Shown here: one piece after another, positions 1-10,126 of the stretch
Position numbering within the stretch: the stretch's first letter is position 1
Layout: every line of letters starts with the position of its first letter
IMG/VR virus record: IMGVR_UViG_3300032303_001078
Location: 1 to 30,610 of that record
Length of the DNA: 30,610 bases
Source of the DNA: a virus
Lineage: Duplodnaviria > Caudoviricetes
Strand: one strand, 5' to 3'
Program-made: the position numbers and the translations under genes
Notes under the pieces: model-generated
The model's database searches: none
What the model was told of the DNA's origin: nothing
What the model saw: the letters and a program-made list of their open reading frames with translations, nothing else

Positions 1-40
1 CAGTTGCACAAGTTGAAGATGAAACTAATAAATCATTAGA
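1..40. repeat. 40-bp terminal direct repeat, left copy (circular-assembly overlap)
   Basis: cagttgcacaagttgaagatgaaactaataaatcattaga is identical to 30571-30610; the portal frame continues across the join. Confidence 0.95.
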
Positions 41-167
41 AAATCCAGCAATACAAGAAGACCCAACTGACCAACAATATCAAGATGGTGAATTTGAATC
101 AACACCTAATCAAAGTTTTTCTATGTTAGAAGTAAATAATAAAGAATACGAAATATTTAAAAAATAA
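1..167 (+). CDS. Portal protein, C-terminal part (continues from 29445 across the junction)
   Basis: Same frame as the 29445 ORF after circularisation: ...SVAQVEDETNKSLENPAIQEDP...EYEIFKK*, TAA at 165-167. Confidence 0.85.
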   Translation, partial: VAQVEDETNKSLENPAIQEDPTDQQYQDGEFESTPNQSFSMLEVNNKEYEIFKK

Positions 168-170
168 ATT

Positions 171-689
171 ATGGCATACGCATTATTCATAAACAGAAAT
201 GATATTATAAAAAATACTCCACTTCAGGGGTCAATCGACGCAGATGCTTTATTGCCGTTTGTTAGAACTGCACAAGATAAATACTTAAAGAATCTTTTAG
301 GTACAATCTTATTTGATTACTTGCAAGCACAAATCGTTGCAAATAATGTAGACAATTTATCAATATATTATAGAGACCTTTTAAATGATTATATTAAAAA
401 TAGTTTAATGTGGTATACATGTGTTGAATATATTCCTTTTAGTTCTGTTCAATTCAAATCTAATGGTGCAGTTAAACAACAAAGTGAGCAAGGTATAGCA
501 CCACAAAAAAATGAAATAGATTATTTGAAACAAAGAGCACAAGAGAATGCTGACTATTATGCATTAAGATTACAAAACTACTTAATTGCATATTCTCAAT
601 TCATTCCTCAATACTTAGAATCAGTAGGTAATCAAACTCAAATTTATCCTGACCAGTCAAATCAATATTTTGGTGGAATACAATTATAA
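171..689 (+). CDS. Putative head-tail adaptor/head completion protein
   Basis: 172-aa helical protein directly after the portal; AQDKYLKNLLGT and SNGAV motifs resemble Bacteroidota phage connector proteins. Confidence 0.55.
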   Translation: MAYALFINRNDIIKNTPLQGSIDADALLPFVRTAQDKYLKNLLGTILFDYLQAQIVANNVDNLSIYYRDLLNDYIKNSLMWYTCVEYIPFSSVQFKSNGAVKQQSEQGIAPQKNEIDYLKQRAQENADYYALRLQNYLIAYSQFIPQYLESVGNQTQIYPDQSNQYFGGIQL

Positions 690-695
690 TATACT

Positions 696-1214
696 ATGGC
701 AATTGTTAATAATACAGGGACAAATTATACTCAGTTTTATAATATAATAAATTATTTAGGTGAGATAATAGGTAATCATCCATCAGTAACGCAAGTTTCA
801 ACTGAAGATTTAAATGATTTTGATGAAAGAGAGTTTCCAAACTATCCAGTTGTAAACATTACTATATTACGAACAGTTTTTGGTAAATCAACAACTGACT
901 TTGATATACAATTATTAATTGCTGACAAGTATAAGAATAAGAATAACGAATCAATTCCAAGAACTAATGAAATGACTAATCAATTCTTTGGTATGGATGA
1001 TATGGTTGATATTTGGGCTAATACTTTAGCAGTAATGAATGACATAACTGCTTATTTACAAAGAAGTATAACAAACTTTGAAATCAATTCAGAAATTAAT
1101 TGTAAACAATTCCATGAAAGATTTGATTCTGGTTTAGCAGGATGGGTGGTAACATTTACTTTAACAACACACAATGATAAGAATCGTTGTTTGTTTGAAT
1201 TATATCCAAACTAA
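696..1214 (+). CDS. Putative tail terminator/completion protein, paralogue 1
   Basis: Neck-module position; YPVVNI...FHERFDSGLAGW pattern typical of tail terminators in these phages. Confidence 0.55.
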   Translation: MAIVNNTGTNYTQFYNIINYLGEIIGNHPSVTQVSTEDLNDFDEREFPNYPVVNITILRTVFGKSTTDFDIQLLIADKYKNKNNESIPRTNEMTNQFFGMDDMVDIWANTLAVMNDITAYLQRSITNFEINSEINCKQFHERFDSGLAGWVVTFTLTTHNDKNRCLFELYPN

Positions 1215-1216
1215 TT

Positions 1217-2068
1217 ATGAGTGCAATAATACAAAATACAGGCACTAATTATACTTTATACTACAATATAATGTATTGGTTTAGAGTTATAATGTCTAAC
1301 CATCCTTCTATTGGTGTTGTAACTACTGGAGATTGGTGGGATATTGGTGAAAGAGAATTTCCTGAATATCCAATTGGTAATATACAAATATTAGATGTTG
1401 ATTTTGGAACTAATGTTACAAATTATACTTGCACATTAACTATTGCAGATAAAATAAAGAATAAGAACAATGAGTCTAATCCAACAAATAATACTCAAAC
1501 AATTCCATTCTATCAGACTGACGATAAAATAGATATATGGGCAAATACACTTGCAATCCTGAACGATTTAAGTGATTACACACAAAGAAGTGTAACAAAC
1601 TTTGACATCGATGGTGACATTATATGCACTCCTTTTGTAGATAGATTTGATAATGGATTAGCAGGTTGGACTGCAGAATTTATTCTTACAACACACAACG
1701 ATAAGAATAGATGTTTATTTGATTTAATACCTACAATATATGTAGTATATGTAATTGAAAATTGTTCTACCGGACAAAGATATAAAGCTACATTACTTAC
1801 AGATAGTTATTCTGTTGCAGTAGGAGATGTATTTTCTACATTGAAATCACCAGGTCTATCAAATACTTATGGTAACTTAGTGTGTTATAAGATTATAGAA
1901 AAAATAAATGATACTAGTAGAGATTTAATAGATTTACCAGTATTACAACCAGGACCAATCGATACATGTGCAATATGTAATTTATGGATTAATCCTAAAG
2001 TTTGGTCTACAACTCCTGCAGCATGGAGTGGAACAGATGCTGAATTTAGAACATGGTCAACAGTATAA
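1217..2068 (+). CDS. Putative tail terminator paralogue 2 with Cys-containing C-terminal extension
   Basis: First ~170 aa align with 696..1214 (NTGTNYT, NKNNES, DIWANTLA, TTHNDKNRCLF); about 110 extra residues. Confidence 0.55.
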   Translation: MSAIIQNTGTNYTLYYNIMYWFRVIMSNHPSIGVVTTGDWWDIGEREFPEYPIGNIQILDVDFGTNVTNYTCTLTIADKIKNKNNESNPTNNTQTIPFYQTDDKIDIWANTLAILNDLSDYTQRSVTNFDIDGDIICTPFVDRFDNGLAGWTAEFILTTHNDKNRCLFDLIPTIYVVYVIENCSTGQRYKATLLTDSYSVAVGDVFSTLKSPGLSNTYGNLVCYKIIEKINDTSRDLIDLPVLQPGPIDTCAICNLWINPKVWSTTPAAWSGTDAEFRTWSTV

Positions 2069-2088
2069 AAATATTAAAATAAAATAAA

Positions 2089-5000
2089 ATGGGAAGTTTA
2101 AGTAACTTATATATTTCACAATCGTATCAATCATTAGCACATTTAGGAACTAATAATGCATTGGTATCAGGTACAATGACACAATTGCAAGATGGTATTG
2201 GTCAATCATTAAATATTTCTTTTGATGGAACTAATATAAGTTCTTCAGGAAATATATTTGCAGCTAACTTAACTGGTAGTGGTGGTTCAATTAACACAGG
2301 TTCACTTATGGTGACTGGTAGTGTTGCAGTAAATGTATTGACATTCACAAAAGGTGATGGTAGTCAATTTAGTTTAACTGTTGCATCATCTGGTAGTGTA
2401 ACACCTGGAACAATATCAGGCTCTGCTCAAATCACTGCATTAGGTTTTGTTAGTTCTTCTGTAACTGCATCTTCTTTAATTACTGCATCATTTAACAATG
2501 GTACAAGAAACTTAACATTTACTAAAGGTGATAATACAACCTTTAATGTTAATATTCCTGACGTTAGTGGAAGCACATTTGATACAGGTAGTTTTGCAAC
2601 AACTGGAAGTAACACATTCACAGGCAATCAAACTATACTTGGTAATCTAAACATTACACCGGTTGCAATATCTGAAAACCCACCAATTGGTACTCAGAGA
2701 TATATAATACCATTCATATCAGGGTCTACTGTATCTAAAGATGCAGGAGATAGTTTATATTGGATTCCATCATCAAACACATTAACAATTAGTTCCTCAA
2801 CTGGAACATCTACAATACAACCTAATAGCATTAATATAGTAAGTGGTAGTAGGTCTGCATTATTAAGTACAACTCAAATTGTTTCTGAAGTTGAAACTGG
2901 TAGAAGAATAGCTATTAGTGGTGACCCATCAAAAATTGGGCCTCCATCACTTGCTGCGAGTACACAACCTGGTATTATATTACAAAGTGGCTCAAATTTC
3001 TATATTGGTATTGAGTTTCAATCATCACAATCATTTACGGATGGTAGAGTAACGTTTCCTCGTAATGTTGCAATGTTACAAAATTTAGAAATAACTGGTA
3101 GTTTAACTGCATCATTACAACAAGGATTTACTTATGTTGGTGACGCAAATGGTAGAACTACATTAGTAGCAACCAGTTCATTCGGTGGAGGAAGTACTCC
3201 TGCAGGAACAATATCAGGTAGTGCACAAATAACTGCATTAGGATTTGTTAGTTCTTCTGTAACCGCATCTTCTATAATTACTGCATCATTTAGTGGAAAT
3301 ACTTTAACATTTACAAAAGGTGATGCATCTACATTTAGTGTAAGTGTAACAGGAGCATCAATAGATACTGGTAGTTTTGCAACAACTGCATCATTCAACG
3401 CATATACACAATCGAATGACCAAAAAGTAAATAGTTTAATAGCAGCAACTGGCTCATATATAAACTCTTCGCAAACTTCATCTATGTCTGTTGCAACTGC
3501 ATCTGTTGCAATGGCAGTATCTACATCTATATCAACACAAAACTTACAACACTTTGTGACATTTGTAGATAATTCAACAGGCACTCAAGCAATATATGTT
3601 GATGGTGGAATAAAATACATTCCAAATCAAGACTTATTATTAGTAAACAATATAACTTCATCTGGATATATTTCAGCAAGTAGTTTAAATTTAAGTGGAA
3701 CACTAACTGCATCTCTACAACAAGGATATGCATGGGTGGGTAACGGAAGTAATGTTTCTTCATTAGTAGCAACATCTTCATTTGGAACTTCAATCAATAC
3801 AGGTAGTTTTGCAACAACCGGTTCTAACACATTTACAGGTGACCAAACCCTAATAGATGATGCAGGTAACTTCTTTACAATATCAGATGTATCAGGGTCT
3901 ATGATGTTAGTAGCAAAAGGATTCACATCTGCATCTGCACACATAAGTGCATCTTCAGCTGGTATTGGAAACTTTATATTCAAAAATAGTAGTGCTACTG
4001 CAGATACAATAATTTCTGGTAGTGCAAATATATTTGTAAATCCTACCGCACCAACTGCTGGGTTTAAGAGATACATCGGTACATCAAACTATTACACACA
4101 TGGTTCTTCAGTTCCACAAATAAGTGGTAGCATGGCTTGGTCACCTACAATGAATGGCAACTTAATATCCAATACAACATCAAATGCATGGACATGGAGA
4201 GGCCCGGTTAGTTCATCAGCATCCAATTTAAGCACTAACATCTTAATGGGTAGTGTGATTAATTTAGGTTCATCTGCTGCATTGAATCATGAAAAGGCTT
4301 TAGCAGGTATAAATTTTGGAAGTAATGCATTATTTGGTGCACAATTAACCTCAGTTGCAAACGTAAATATTTTAAGTAGTTCAGTTAACATAAATAGTAA
4401 TCTATCATTTGGTGGTACAATTACATTGAATAGTTTTTCATCATCAATATCATATAACTCTAATATTAACAATGGAAGTTTAACCATTAATAATAGATTT
4501 ACTCCAAGTGGTAGTAACGCTGCAATATTATCTCCTAAAACTAATACTAATACAGTATATGGTACAGGTCACATAGTTAATATAGATGGTACAAACGTAG
4601 CTGCGACACAAGGTAAATCGTTTAGTTTTAATATTCTTGCTGGTACATTCTTAACAGCATCGGTTCCAGATGGAGATGCATCGTCAGTAAATGCTACTGG
4701 TATGATTGGTAATGGATTGGTTGTAACAGGTAGTACGGTATCTGCAACATTTGCAGGTGCTGATGTTGCTAATAGTGGTCAGGGTTCTTTATTCTCTGGT
4801 AGATTTAATGCATTAGATGGAACTAAATCTAAAACAGGTGAAACAGTATTTGCAGTAGGTACAGGTACATCATATACAAATAGAAAGACAGGCTTCTTAA
4901 TTGACTCTGGAAGTAATTCATTCTTTGAAGGTACATTAAATGTATCAGGTAGTTCAAATTTTAACGGTAATGTAAGCGTAACTGGAAGTTTATTAGTAAA

Positions 5001-5775
5001 TGGAAGTTCAGTATCTATCAATACAGGTAGTTTTGCAACGACTGGTTCAAACTCATTCTTAGGTAATCAAACTATCACAGGTAGTTTAAGAGTATCAGGT
5101 AGTACAACATTACAAGGAAATACAATATTCATTGACAGAAATGGTACAAATAATAATAATATTTACTTAGGTGATAATTCATTATCAAATAATACTACTG
5201 GTTTTAGTAATGTTGCAATAGGACAAGGTGCATTATCAAATAATACAACAGGTATTAACAACTTTGGATTGGGTGTAAATGCATTACAATCAAATACAGC
5301 AGCTAACAATAACTTTGCACTTGGTGTTGATTCTGGAAGATTTTCAAGTGGAAGTAGTAACGTATTCATTGGTGGCCAAGCAGGACAATATGTTACAGGT
5401 AGTAACAATACTATCATAGGTTCATTTACAGGAACTGCAGGAACTCCATTAAACAATAATATTATATTAGCAAACGGAACAGGTACTGTTAAAGCACAAT
5501 ATAGTGGAAGTGCATGGTCATTCCAAGATGACATTAGATTTAATAAGGGAAGTAATAAAACTTCTGATATTGTAACTGTAAATGCTTCTGCAACTATATC
5601 TAATAGTTTAGTAACAGCAAACTCAATTATTTTAGTAACTTGTCAAGACAGACAAAATCAAGCCGATGAGTATCCACCAGTAGTTGGAAACAAAACAACT
5701 GGTACATTTGATATCTTTACAAACGTAGCTACAAATATGGAAGTTGCATACTTAATCATAAATCCAACTGTATAA
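2089..5775 (+). CDS. Tail fibre/adhesin-like virion protein with internal repeats
   Basis: 1228 aa, S/T/G/N-rich; repeated TGSFATTGSN and LTFTKGD modules; C-terminal 14-aa NxAxGxxALxxNTT beta-roll-like repeats. Confidence 0.75.
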   Translation: MGSLSNLYISQSYQSLAHLGTNNALVSGTMTQLQDGIGQSLNISFDGTNISSSGNIFAANLTGSGGSINTGSLMVTGSVAVNVLTFTKGDGSQFSLTVASSGSVTPGTISGSAQITALGFVSSSVTASSLITASFNNGTRNLTFTKGDNTTFNVNIPDVSGSTFDTGSFATTGSNTFTGNQTILGNLNITPVAISENPPIGTQRYIIPFISGSTVSKDAGDSLYWIPSSNTLTISSSTGTSTIQPNSINIVSGSRSALLSTTQIVSEVETGRRIAISGDPSKIGPPSLAASTQPGIILQSGSNFYIGIEFQSSQSFTDGRVTFPRNVAMLQNLEITGSLTASLQQGFTYVGDANGRTTLVATSSFGGGSTPAGTISGSAQITALGFVSSSVTASSIITASFSGNTLTFTKGDASTFSVSVTGASIDTGSFATTASFNAYTQSNDQKVNSLIAATGSYINSSQTSSMSVATASVAMAVSTSISTQNLQHFVTFVDNSTGTQAIYVDGGIKYIPNQDLLLVNNITSSGYISASSLNLSGTLTASLQQGYAWVGNGSNVSSLVATSSFGTSINTGSFATTGSNTFTGDQTLIDDAGNFFTISDVSGSMMLVAKGFTSASAHISASSAGIGNFIFKNSSATADTIISGSANIFVNPTAPTAGFKRYIGTSNYYTHGSSVPQISGSMAWSPTMNGNLISNTTSNAWTWRGPVSSSASNLSTNILMGSVINLGSSAALNHEKALAGINFGSNALFGAQLTSVANVNILSSSVNINSNLSFGGTITLNSFSSSISYNSNINNGSLTINNRFTPSGSNAAILSPKTNTNTVYGTGHIVNIDGTNVAATQGKSFSFNILAGTFLTASVPDGDASSVNATGMIGNGLVVTGSTVSATFAGADVANSGQGSLFSGRFNALDGTKSKTGETVFAVGTGTSYTNRKTGFLIDSGSNSFFEGTLNVSGSSNFNGNVSVTGSLLVNGSSVSINTGSFATTGSNSFLGNQTITGSLRVSGSTTLQGNTIFIDRNGTNNNNIYLGDNSLSNNTTGFSNVAIGQGALSNNTTGINNFGLGVNALQSNTAANNNFALGVDSGRFSSGSSNVFIGGQAGQYVTGSNNTIIGSFTGTAGTPLNNNIILANGTGTVKAQYSGSAWSFQDDIRFNKGSNKTSDIVTVNASATISNSLVTANSIILVTCQDRQNQADEYPPVVGNKTTGTFDIFTNVATNMEVAYLIINPTV
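2407..3292 (+). repeat. Internal direct repeat in fibre gene (2407-2494 and 3205-3292)
   Basis: Both copies encode GTISGSAQITALGFVSSSVTASS[L/I]ITASF; differences are mostly synonymous. Confidence 0.9.
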
Positions 5776-6197
5776 TGCCTACTTTAAAAGATATAGCAAA
5801 AACAATAGGTGACTTAACGGTTGCATATGCTCCTATAAATAAAAACCTTCAAGCACCAAAAAGAGGTAATTTAAAGAATAAATTAAAGACTGCAAATACT
5901 CCTAATAAAGTATTAAGTAAAAATTCTGAAAAACCTAATATTGTTCAAGATGTTAAGTATGGTATAGAGTTTAATATTGATTATGCTCCACCAGGTGCAA
6001 AGTATGGTAAGTTTGTAGAAGAAGGACATAAGACAAGAAAGAAAGCAGGAGGTAAAGGTAAGTCGTATGTTAAACCTAATCCATTTGCAGAAAACGCAAT
6101 AAATGACCCTGAAGTTAAGAAAATGATTAAGGGATATACAAAAGAATTAGCAGCAGAAGTAAAAAAACAAATACTACAAGAGTTTAGAAAAATGTAG
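5775..6197 (+). CDS. HK97 gp10-like putative tail component
   Basis: Basic 140-aa protein with AP..GNLK, YGKFVEEGH and KPNPF motifs. Confidence 0.6.
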   Translation: MPTLKDIAKTIGDLTVAYAPINKNLQAPKRGNLKNKLKTANTPNKVLSKNSEKPNIVQDVKYGIEFNIDYAPPGAKYGKFVEEGHKTRKKAGGKGKSYVKPNPFAENAINDPEVKKMIKGYTKELAAEVKKQILQEFRKM

Positions 6198-6200
6198 TAT

Positions 6201-6228
6201 CAAATACTTTTACATTTTTATTGGTTAT
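6201..6228 (+). promoter_or_regulatory. Candidate late promoter
   Basis: CAAATA-N16-GGTTAT, intergenic, upstream of 6247. Confidence 0.5.
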
Positions 6229-6246
6229 TATATAAACGAATTATAA

Positions 6247-7413
6247 ATGTCTTTAAGCATAACTCAAACTCCAGCATTAGTATCTTTAGCACAATCACCA
6301 CTTGCATTTACGGTTGTTGAAAGTTCTGCAGCATTATTAACATCTGCATCTTTTCAATATATTGGTGAATTGTATTATTGGACTGGTTCTCAGTTTCAAT
6401 CAGCATCTACATCAGATTATACAATTGTAAAATACCCTAATAGTTCAGGTGTTGGTATATTCGATGCATCTAAAATTATTAACTCAACATTACAAGATAC
6501 TCTTTATAATAATTCTTCTAATGTTGAATTTTATGCAGTAGATTTTTACACAAGATATCAATCAGGTTCTATTTTCATAACAGGTTCACATATCAAAACA
6601 TCTACATATAAAGCATTAGATGGATATGGTTTAATGAATCAAGATGCAATAGGACAAAGTATAACTGCATCTTCTCCATTCTGGCCTTTGATGACCGATG
6701 GCCCTGCAACACAAAGTATGTTTGAAACAAACAAAGGATACGCAGGTGTATATGTAGGAACAACAGATGGAACGCAACCTACTAAATTAGTATATTCATC
6801 ATCAATACAATCTGCTAATTATACTTTAACTTCTAATGCATCATCTTCAGGTCAAATTATTTCTTATCCTCAAGCTCCTTTGCAAAGTGGATTTCCTCTT
6901 TCTGGAAGTTATTCATCATATACAATACAAGCATACAATGGTACAACTCCATTAGGACAAGCTATACAATTTAACTTTGATTGTCAACAAAAATATCCTA
7001 ATGTAAGAATAATGTGGAAGAATAGATTAGGTCAATTTGATTGGTTTAATTTTTATATGGTAAGTAGAGAATCATTTGAAGTTCAAAAGAAATCATATCA
7101 ACCGCAATTAGGAACATGGGATAGTTCTACTTTATCATATGCAAAACAAGATAGTTCAAATAAAAATTATATCATTGATGCTAACCCAGCAATTTCTGTA
7201 AATACATTTTTTGTTCCACAATCTTATAATGATATTTTCAAACAATTGATGGTATCTGATGAAATATATTGGTTATATGATGAAACTAATAACTTTGTAA
7301 GACCATTGAGTATAGAGACTAGCAATATAGTATTTAAAACTGGTGTAGTAGACCATTTAATACAATATCAATTTACATTCAAATACGGACAATCCTACAA
7401 GTTAATATTCTAA
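6247..7413 (+). CDS. Structural tail protein (distal tail/baseplate-like)
   Basis: C-terminal WKNRLGQFDWF...LMVSDEIY...IQYQFTF pattern seen in Bacteroidota siphovirus tail proteins; position in tail module. Confidence 0.55.
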   Translation: MSLSITQTPALVSLAQSPLAFTVVESSAALLTSASFQYIGELYYWTGSQFQSASTSDYTIVKYPNSSGVGIFDASKIINSTLQDTLYNNSSNVEFYAVDFYTRYQSGSIFITGSHIKTSTYKALDGYGLMNQDAIGQSITASSPFWPLMTDGPATQSMFETNKGYAGVYVGTTDGTQPTKLVYSSSIQSANYTLTSNASSSGQIISYPQAPLQSGFPLSGSYSSYTIQAYNGTTPLGQAIQFNFDCQQKYPNVRIMWKNRLGQFDWFNFYMVSRESFEVQKKSYQPQLGTWDSSTLSYAKQDSSNKNYIIDANPAISVNTFFVPQSYNDIFKQLMVSDEIYWLYDETNNFVRPLSIETSNIVFKTGVVDHLIQYQFTFKYGQSYKLIF

Positions 7414-7414
7414 T

Positions 7415-9424
7415 ATGGCAGTTATATCAACACAAAACATTACCTATCGTTTAATTGCGAATGGGCAACAATTAGATGTATTTGAAGATGAGGATTTAAA
7501 GATATCAAATAATGTCACAGGACTTTTTGATATTGGAACTCTTCCATCTGATTTTACTCGTCAAATTACTTTGCCTGGAACTAAAAAGAATAATGCATTC
7601 TTTGAACATGTATACGATATTAGTATTGAAAATCCATTTTTATTTGCAACCAATATAAAAGTTCCATGTTATTTGGACTTTAATGGTGTGTATTTAATCA
7701 ATGGATATTTGCAATTAAATAAAGTAAGTATGTTTCAGTCTAAAGCAGTTGATTCATATGAGGTAACAATATTTGGAACACTTTCTTCGTTTGGTAAAAT
7801 AATTAATAATACTTATCTAACTGATTTAACTTCATTAGCAAAATATAACCATACTGCGTCTTATAATAATATTACAGCAAGTTGGAGTGGTAGTTTATTT
7901 AATGGAGATATAGTTTATCCACTTGCAGATTATGGTAGTGGTTATCAATTCACTTCAGGACAATATGAATTGTTTGGTATGGATGATATCAATGGTGCAT
8001 TATCGGTGCAAAACTTTAAACCTGCTATTAGAGTAAAAGCAACATTAGATGCAATCTTTGAAGAAGCAGGATATACATATTCATCATCTTTTATGAATCA
8101 AAGTTGGTTAAATAATGTGTATATGTTTTGTAATAACTCATTAAAATATCCTGAGTTTGGTGGTGTTGATTTGGAAACATATGGTAAAATTAAAGTAGGT
8201 GCAATTAGTGGTAGTGGAATGACAGATGTCAATTTACCTTCTGGTAGTTGGGTAACACTTCCTTGGTATAATGTTTTAACTGACGCACAAGGATTTTATA
8301 GTAATGGTTCATATAGAGTTGATAAAAAAACAAGATTATCAGGAATATTAAACTTAAATTTAAATGTAAGTTCTTCAGTAAATAACTTACCTGGTACTTT
8401 ATCTGCAAATGGAACATTTCAAATTCGTATGTTAGAAACAGGTAGTTCAACTGCATATTCTACACAAGCTATACAATCTTACATATTTTTCTTTGACCAA
8501 TTACAACAAAGTAGAACAGGTGGTATAAATCAAAACTATGAATTGCAAACAGAATTTGTTATGGATGCAATACCAACGGGTAGTTATTATTTTCAAGTTA
8601 GACAATCTCCTAATCAACCATCGCCGGCAGTTTTACCAAAAGTAACAATTGACCCACAAGGAACAACTCGTTCTTATCTACAAATAAAAGAAGTAAAACA
8701 AGCAGCTGATGGTAGAGTGATGGATATTCCGTCTAATATGCCATTTGGAACAACAGGAATTAAACAAATTGATTTTATAATTGGATTACAAAAAAAGTTT
8801 CATTTGGTAATTTACCCAGATAAAACTAAACCTTTTAATTTTATAATTGAAACATTTAATAATTGGTATAATAAAGGTAAAGTAGCATCTTTTGATAATT
8901 ATATAGATTTAAATCAAAAATGGGATGTAACACCTGCAAACAATCTTGCTGTAAATAAATTAAACTTTGGAGATACATTAGACCAAGATTATCTTTCTTT
9001 ACAATTCAGTAAAGCAGCAAATAGAGAATATGGCAAATCTTATTATACAGATACAACAAATTTTTATTCACAAGGAACTTTAGATGTAAAAACAACATTT
9101 GCATCAACACCATTACTTAGAATTGCAGGTACTGGATTATCAGGTAGTATTGGTGGTATTAATCCTCCTATAACTGAATACTTTGCAGGTAATTGTAAAG
9201 TTGCATCTTCATCTGATTCTAGAGTAGTATGTTCTTCTCCAACTTCATTTGATGTTTATACCAATGTAGGTAATATTCAACCGGGTGTAATAGCATATTA
9301 TGACCAATATGGAAATACTCCTATTACTGGATATAGATGGATACTAAACCCTAATTCATTAGAAATTTATCAATTAAATAGATTTACAGGAGAAATTGGA
9401 TATGGAACTGGAGATTTCTGTTAA
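7415..9424 (+). CDS. Tail tip/hub-like structural protein, N-terminal part
   Basis: LDVFEDE...SDFTRQITLPGTKKNNAFF N-terminus typical of this tail protein family; 669 aa. Confidence 0.55.
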   Translation: MAVISTQNITYRLIANGQQLDVFEDEDLKISNNVTGLFDIGTLPSDFTRQITLPGTKKNNAFFEHVYDISIENPFLFATNIKVPCYLDFNGVYLINGYLQLNKVSMFQSKAVDSYEVTIFGTLSSFGKIINNTYLTDLTSLAKYNHTASYNNITASWSGSLFNGDIVYPLADYGSGYQFTSGQYELFGMDDINGALSVQNFKPAIRVKATLDAIFEEAGYTYSSSFMNQSWLNNVYMFCNNSLKYPEFGGVDLETYGKIKVGAISGSGMTDVNLPSGSWVTLPWYNVLTDAQGFYSNGSYRVDKKTRLSGILNLNLNVSSSVNNLPGTLSANGTFQIRMLETGSSTAYSTQAIQSYIFFFDQLQQSRTGGINQNYELQTEFVMDAIPTGSYYFQVRQSPNQPSPAVLPKVTIDPQGTTRSYLQIKEVKQAADGRVMDIPSNMPFGTTGIKQIDFIIGLQKKFHLVIYPDKTKPFNFIIETFNNWYNKGKVASFDNYIDLNQKWDVTPANNLAVNKLNFGDTLDQDYLSLQFSKAANREYGKSYYTDTTNFYSQGTLDVKTTFASTPLLRIAGTGLSGSIGGINPPITEYFAGNCKVASSSDSRVVCSSPTSFDVYTNVGNIQPGVIAYYDQYGNTPITGYRWILNPNSLEIYQLNRFTGEIGYGTGDFC

Positions 9425-9437
9425 AAAATAAAATATT

Positions 9438-9959
9438 ATGAGTCAAATTATACCAATATACATACCAACATACATTAGTGACCAAAACTTTAATCCTAGT
9501 AGAGTTTTGCCACATATTTATTTTTATAATGGATTACTAAATTGTGAAACTTATTATATTGAAAGTGGTAGTTTAACAAATTCAGGCGTTATAAAAGAAC
9601 AAACTAATTTTCCTTATTTCGACAATTATAATGTAGTTAGTGGTAGTTTTCCAACAAGTGATAGTTTATCATTACTTTTTAATAATGAAGCTGCAGTGTA
9701 TGGTGAAGTTCCAACGGAAAATCTTTATACAGACTATTGGGAAAGTTATATATCTCTTTTATATAATCCAGTAACAAGATTAATAAACGCATCTGCAATT
9801 ATTCCATTTGCTCAATATACAGATTTAAATTTAAATGATATAATTGAATGGAGAGGTAATATGTATCATCTTCGTGCAATAAACGAATATTCAATTAAAA
9901 CTGGTGAGTGCACTATTCAATTATTAGGGCCAATATTGCAAGGAGCATTAAATAGATAA
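9438..9959 (+). CDS. Tail tip/hub-like protein, C-terminal part as a separate ORF
   Basis: NLYTDYWESYISLLYNP...LNLNDIIEW...TIQLL pattern, which I recall as the C-terminus of the preceding family. Confidence 0.5.
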   Translation: MSQIIPIYIPTYISDQNFNPSRVLPHIYFYNGLLNCETYYIESGSLTNSGVIKEQTNFPYFDNYNVVSGSFPTSDSLSLLFNNEAAVYGEVPTENLYTDYWESYISLLYNPVTRLINASAIIPFAQYTDLNLNDIIEWRGNMYHLRAINEYSIKTGECTIQLLGPILQGALNR

Positions 9960-9976
9960 AAAAATTAACCTGTTAT
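9949..9976 (+). promoter_or_regulatory. Candidate late promoter (weak)
   Basis: TAAATA-N16-TGTTAT; abuts the ATG at 9977, so it may instead serve the tape measure gene. Confidence 0.35.
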
Positions 9977-10126
9977 ATGATAAAGAATGTAATTGACATA
10001 TTAAATGCAAATGAATTCTACGGAGTATCTCAAAGAGTTGAAATCGCAAAAGGGAAATACAAATACCCAACAAGATTCAGAGACTTATGGAAAAAGTTTG
10101 TAAGATATTATAAAACCAAATACTAA
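9977..10126 (+). CDS. Small 49-aa protein upstream of tape measure (absent from ORF track)
   Basis: MIKNVIDILNANEFYGVSQRVEIAKGKYKYPTRFRDLWKKFVRYYKTKY*; fills the gap and its TAA overlaps the next ATG (TAATG). Confidence 0.7.
   Translation: MIKNVIDILNANEFYGVSQRVEIAKGKYKYPTRFRDLWKKFVRYYKTKY

Noticed and set aside
1-40. Biological terminal repeat or attachment site
   Set aside because: It falls inside the portal gene and is best explained as assembler overlap of a circular contig; no integrase is seen
1860-1888. CAAATA-N17-TGTTAT inside a gene, upstream of the fibre gene
   Set aside because: Off-consensus spacing and intragenic position; cannot be separated from chance
2407-3292. Repeat pair as template/variable repeats of a diversity-generating retroelement
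   Set aside because: No reverse transcriptase is present, both copies are in-frame coding, and differences are mostly synonymous rather than adenine-specific
2427-5534. Minus-strand ORFs within the fibre gene, and similar shadow ORFs at 8229, 10833, 13360, 14006, 20375, 22892, 26200, 26623, 27342 and 27672
   Set aside because: Antisense shadows of strongly coding + strand genes, with no motifs or promoters
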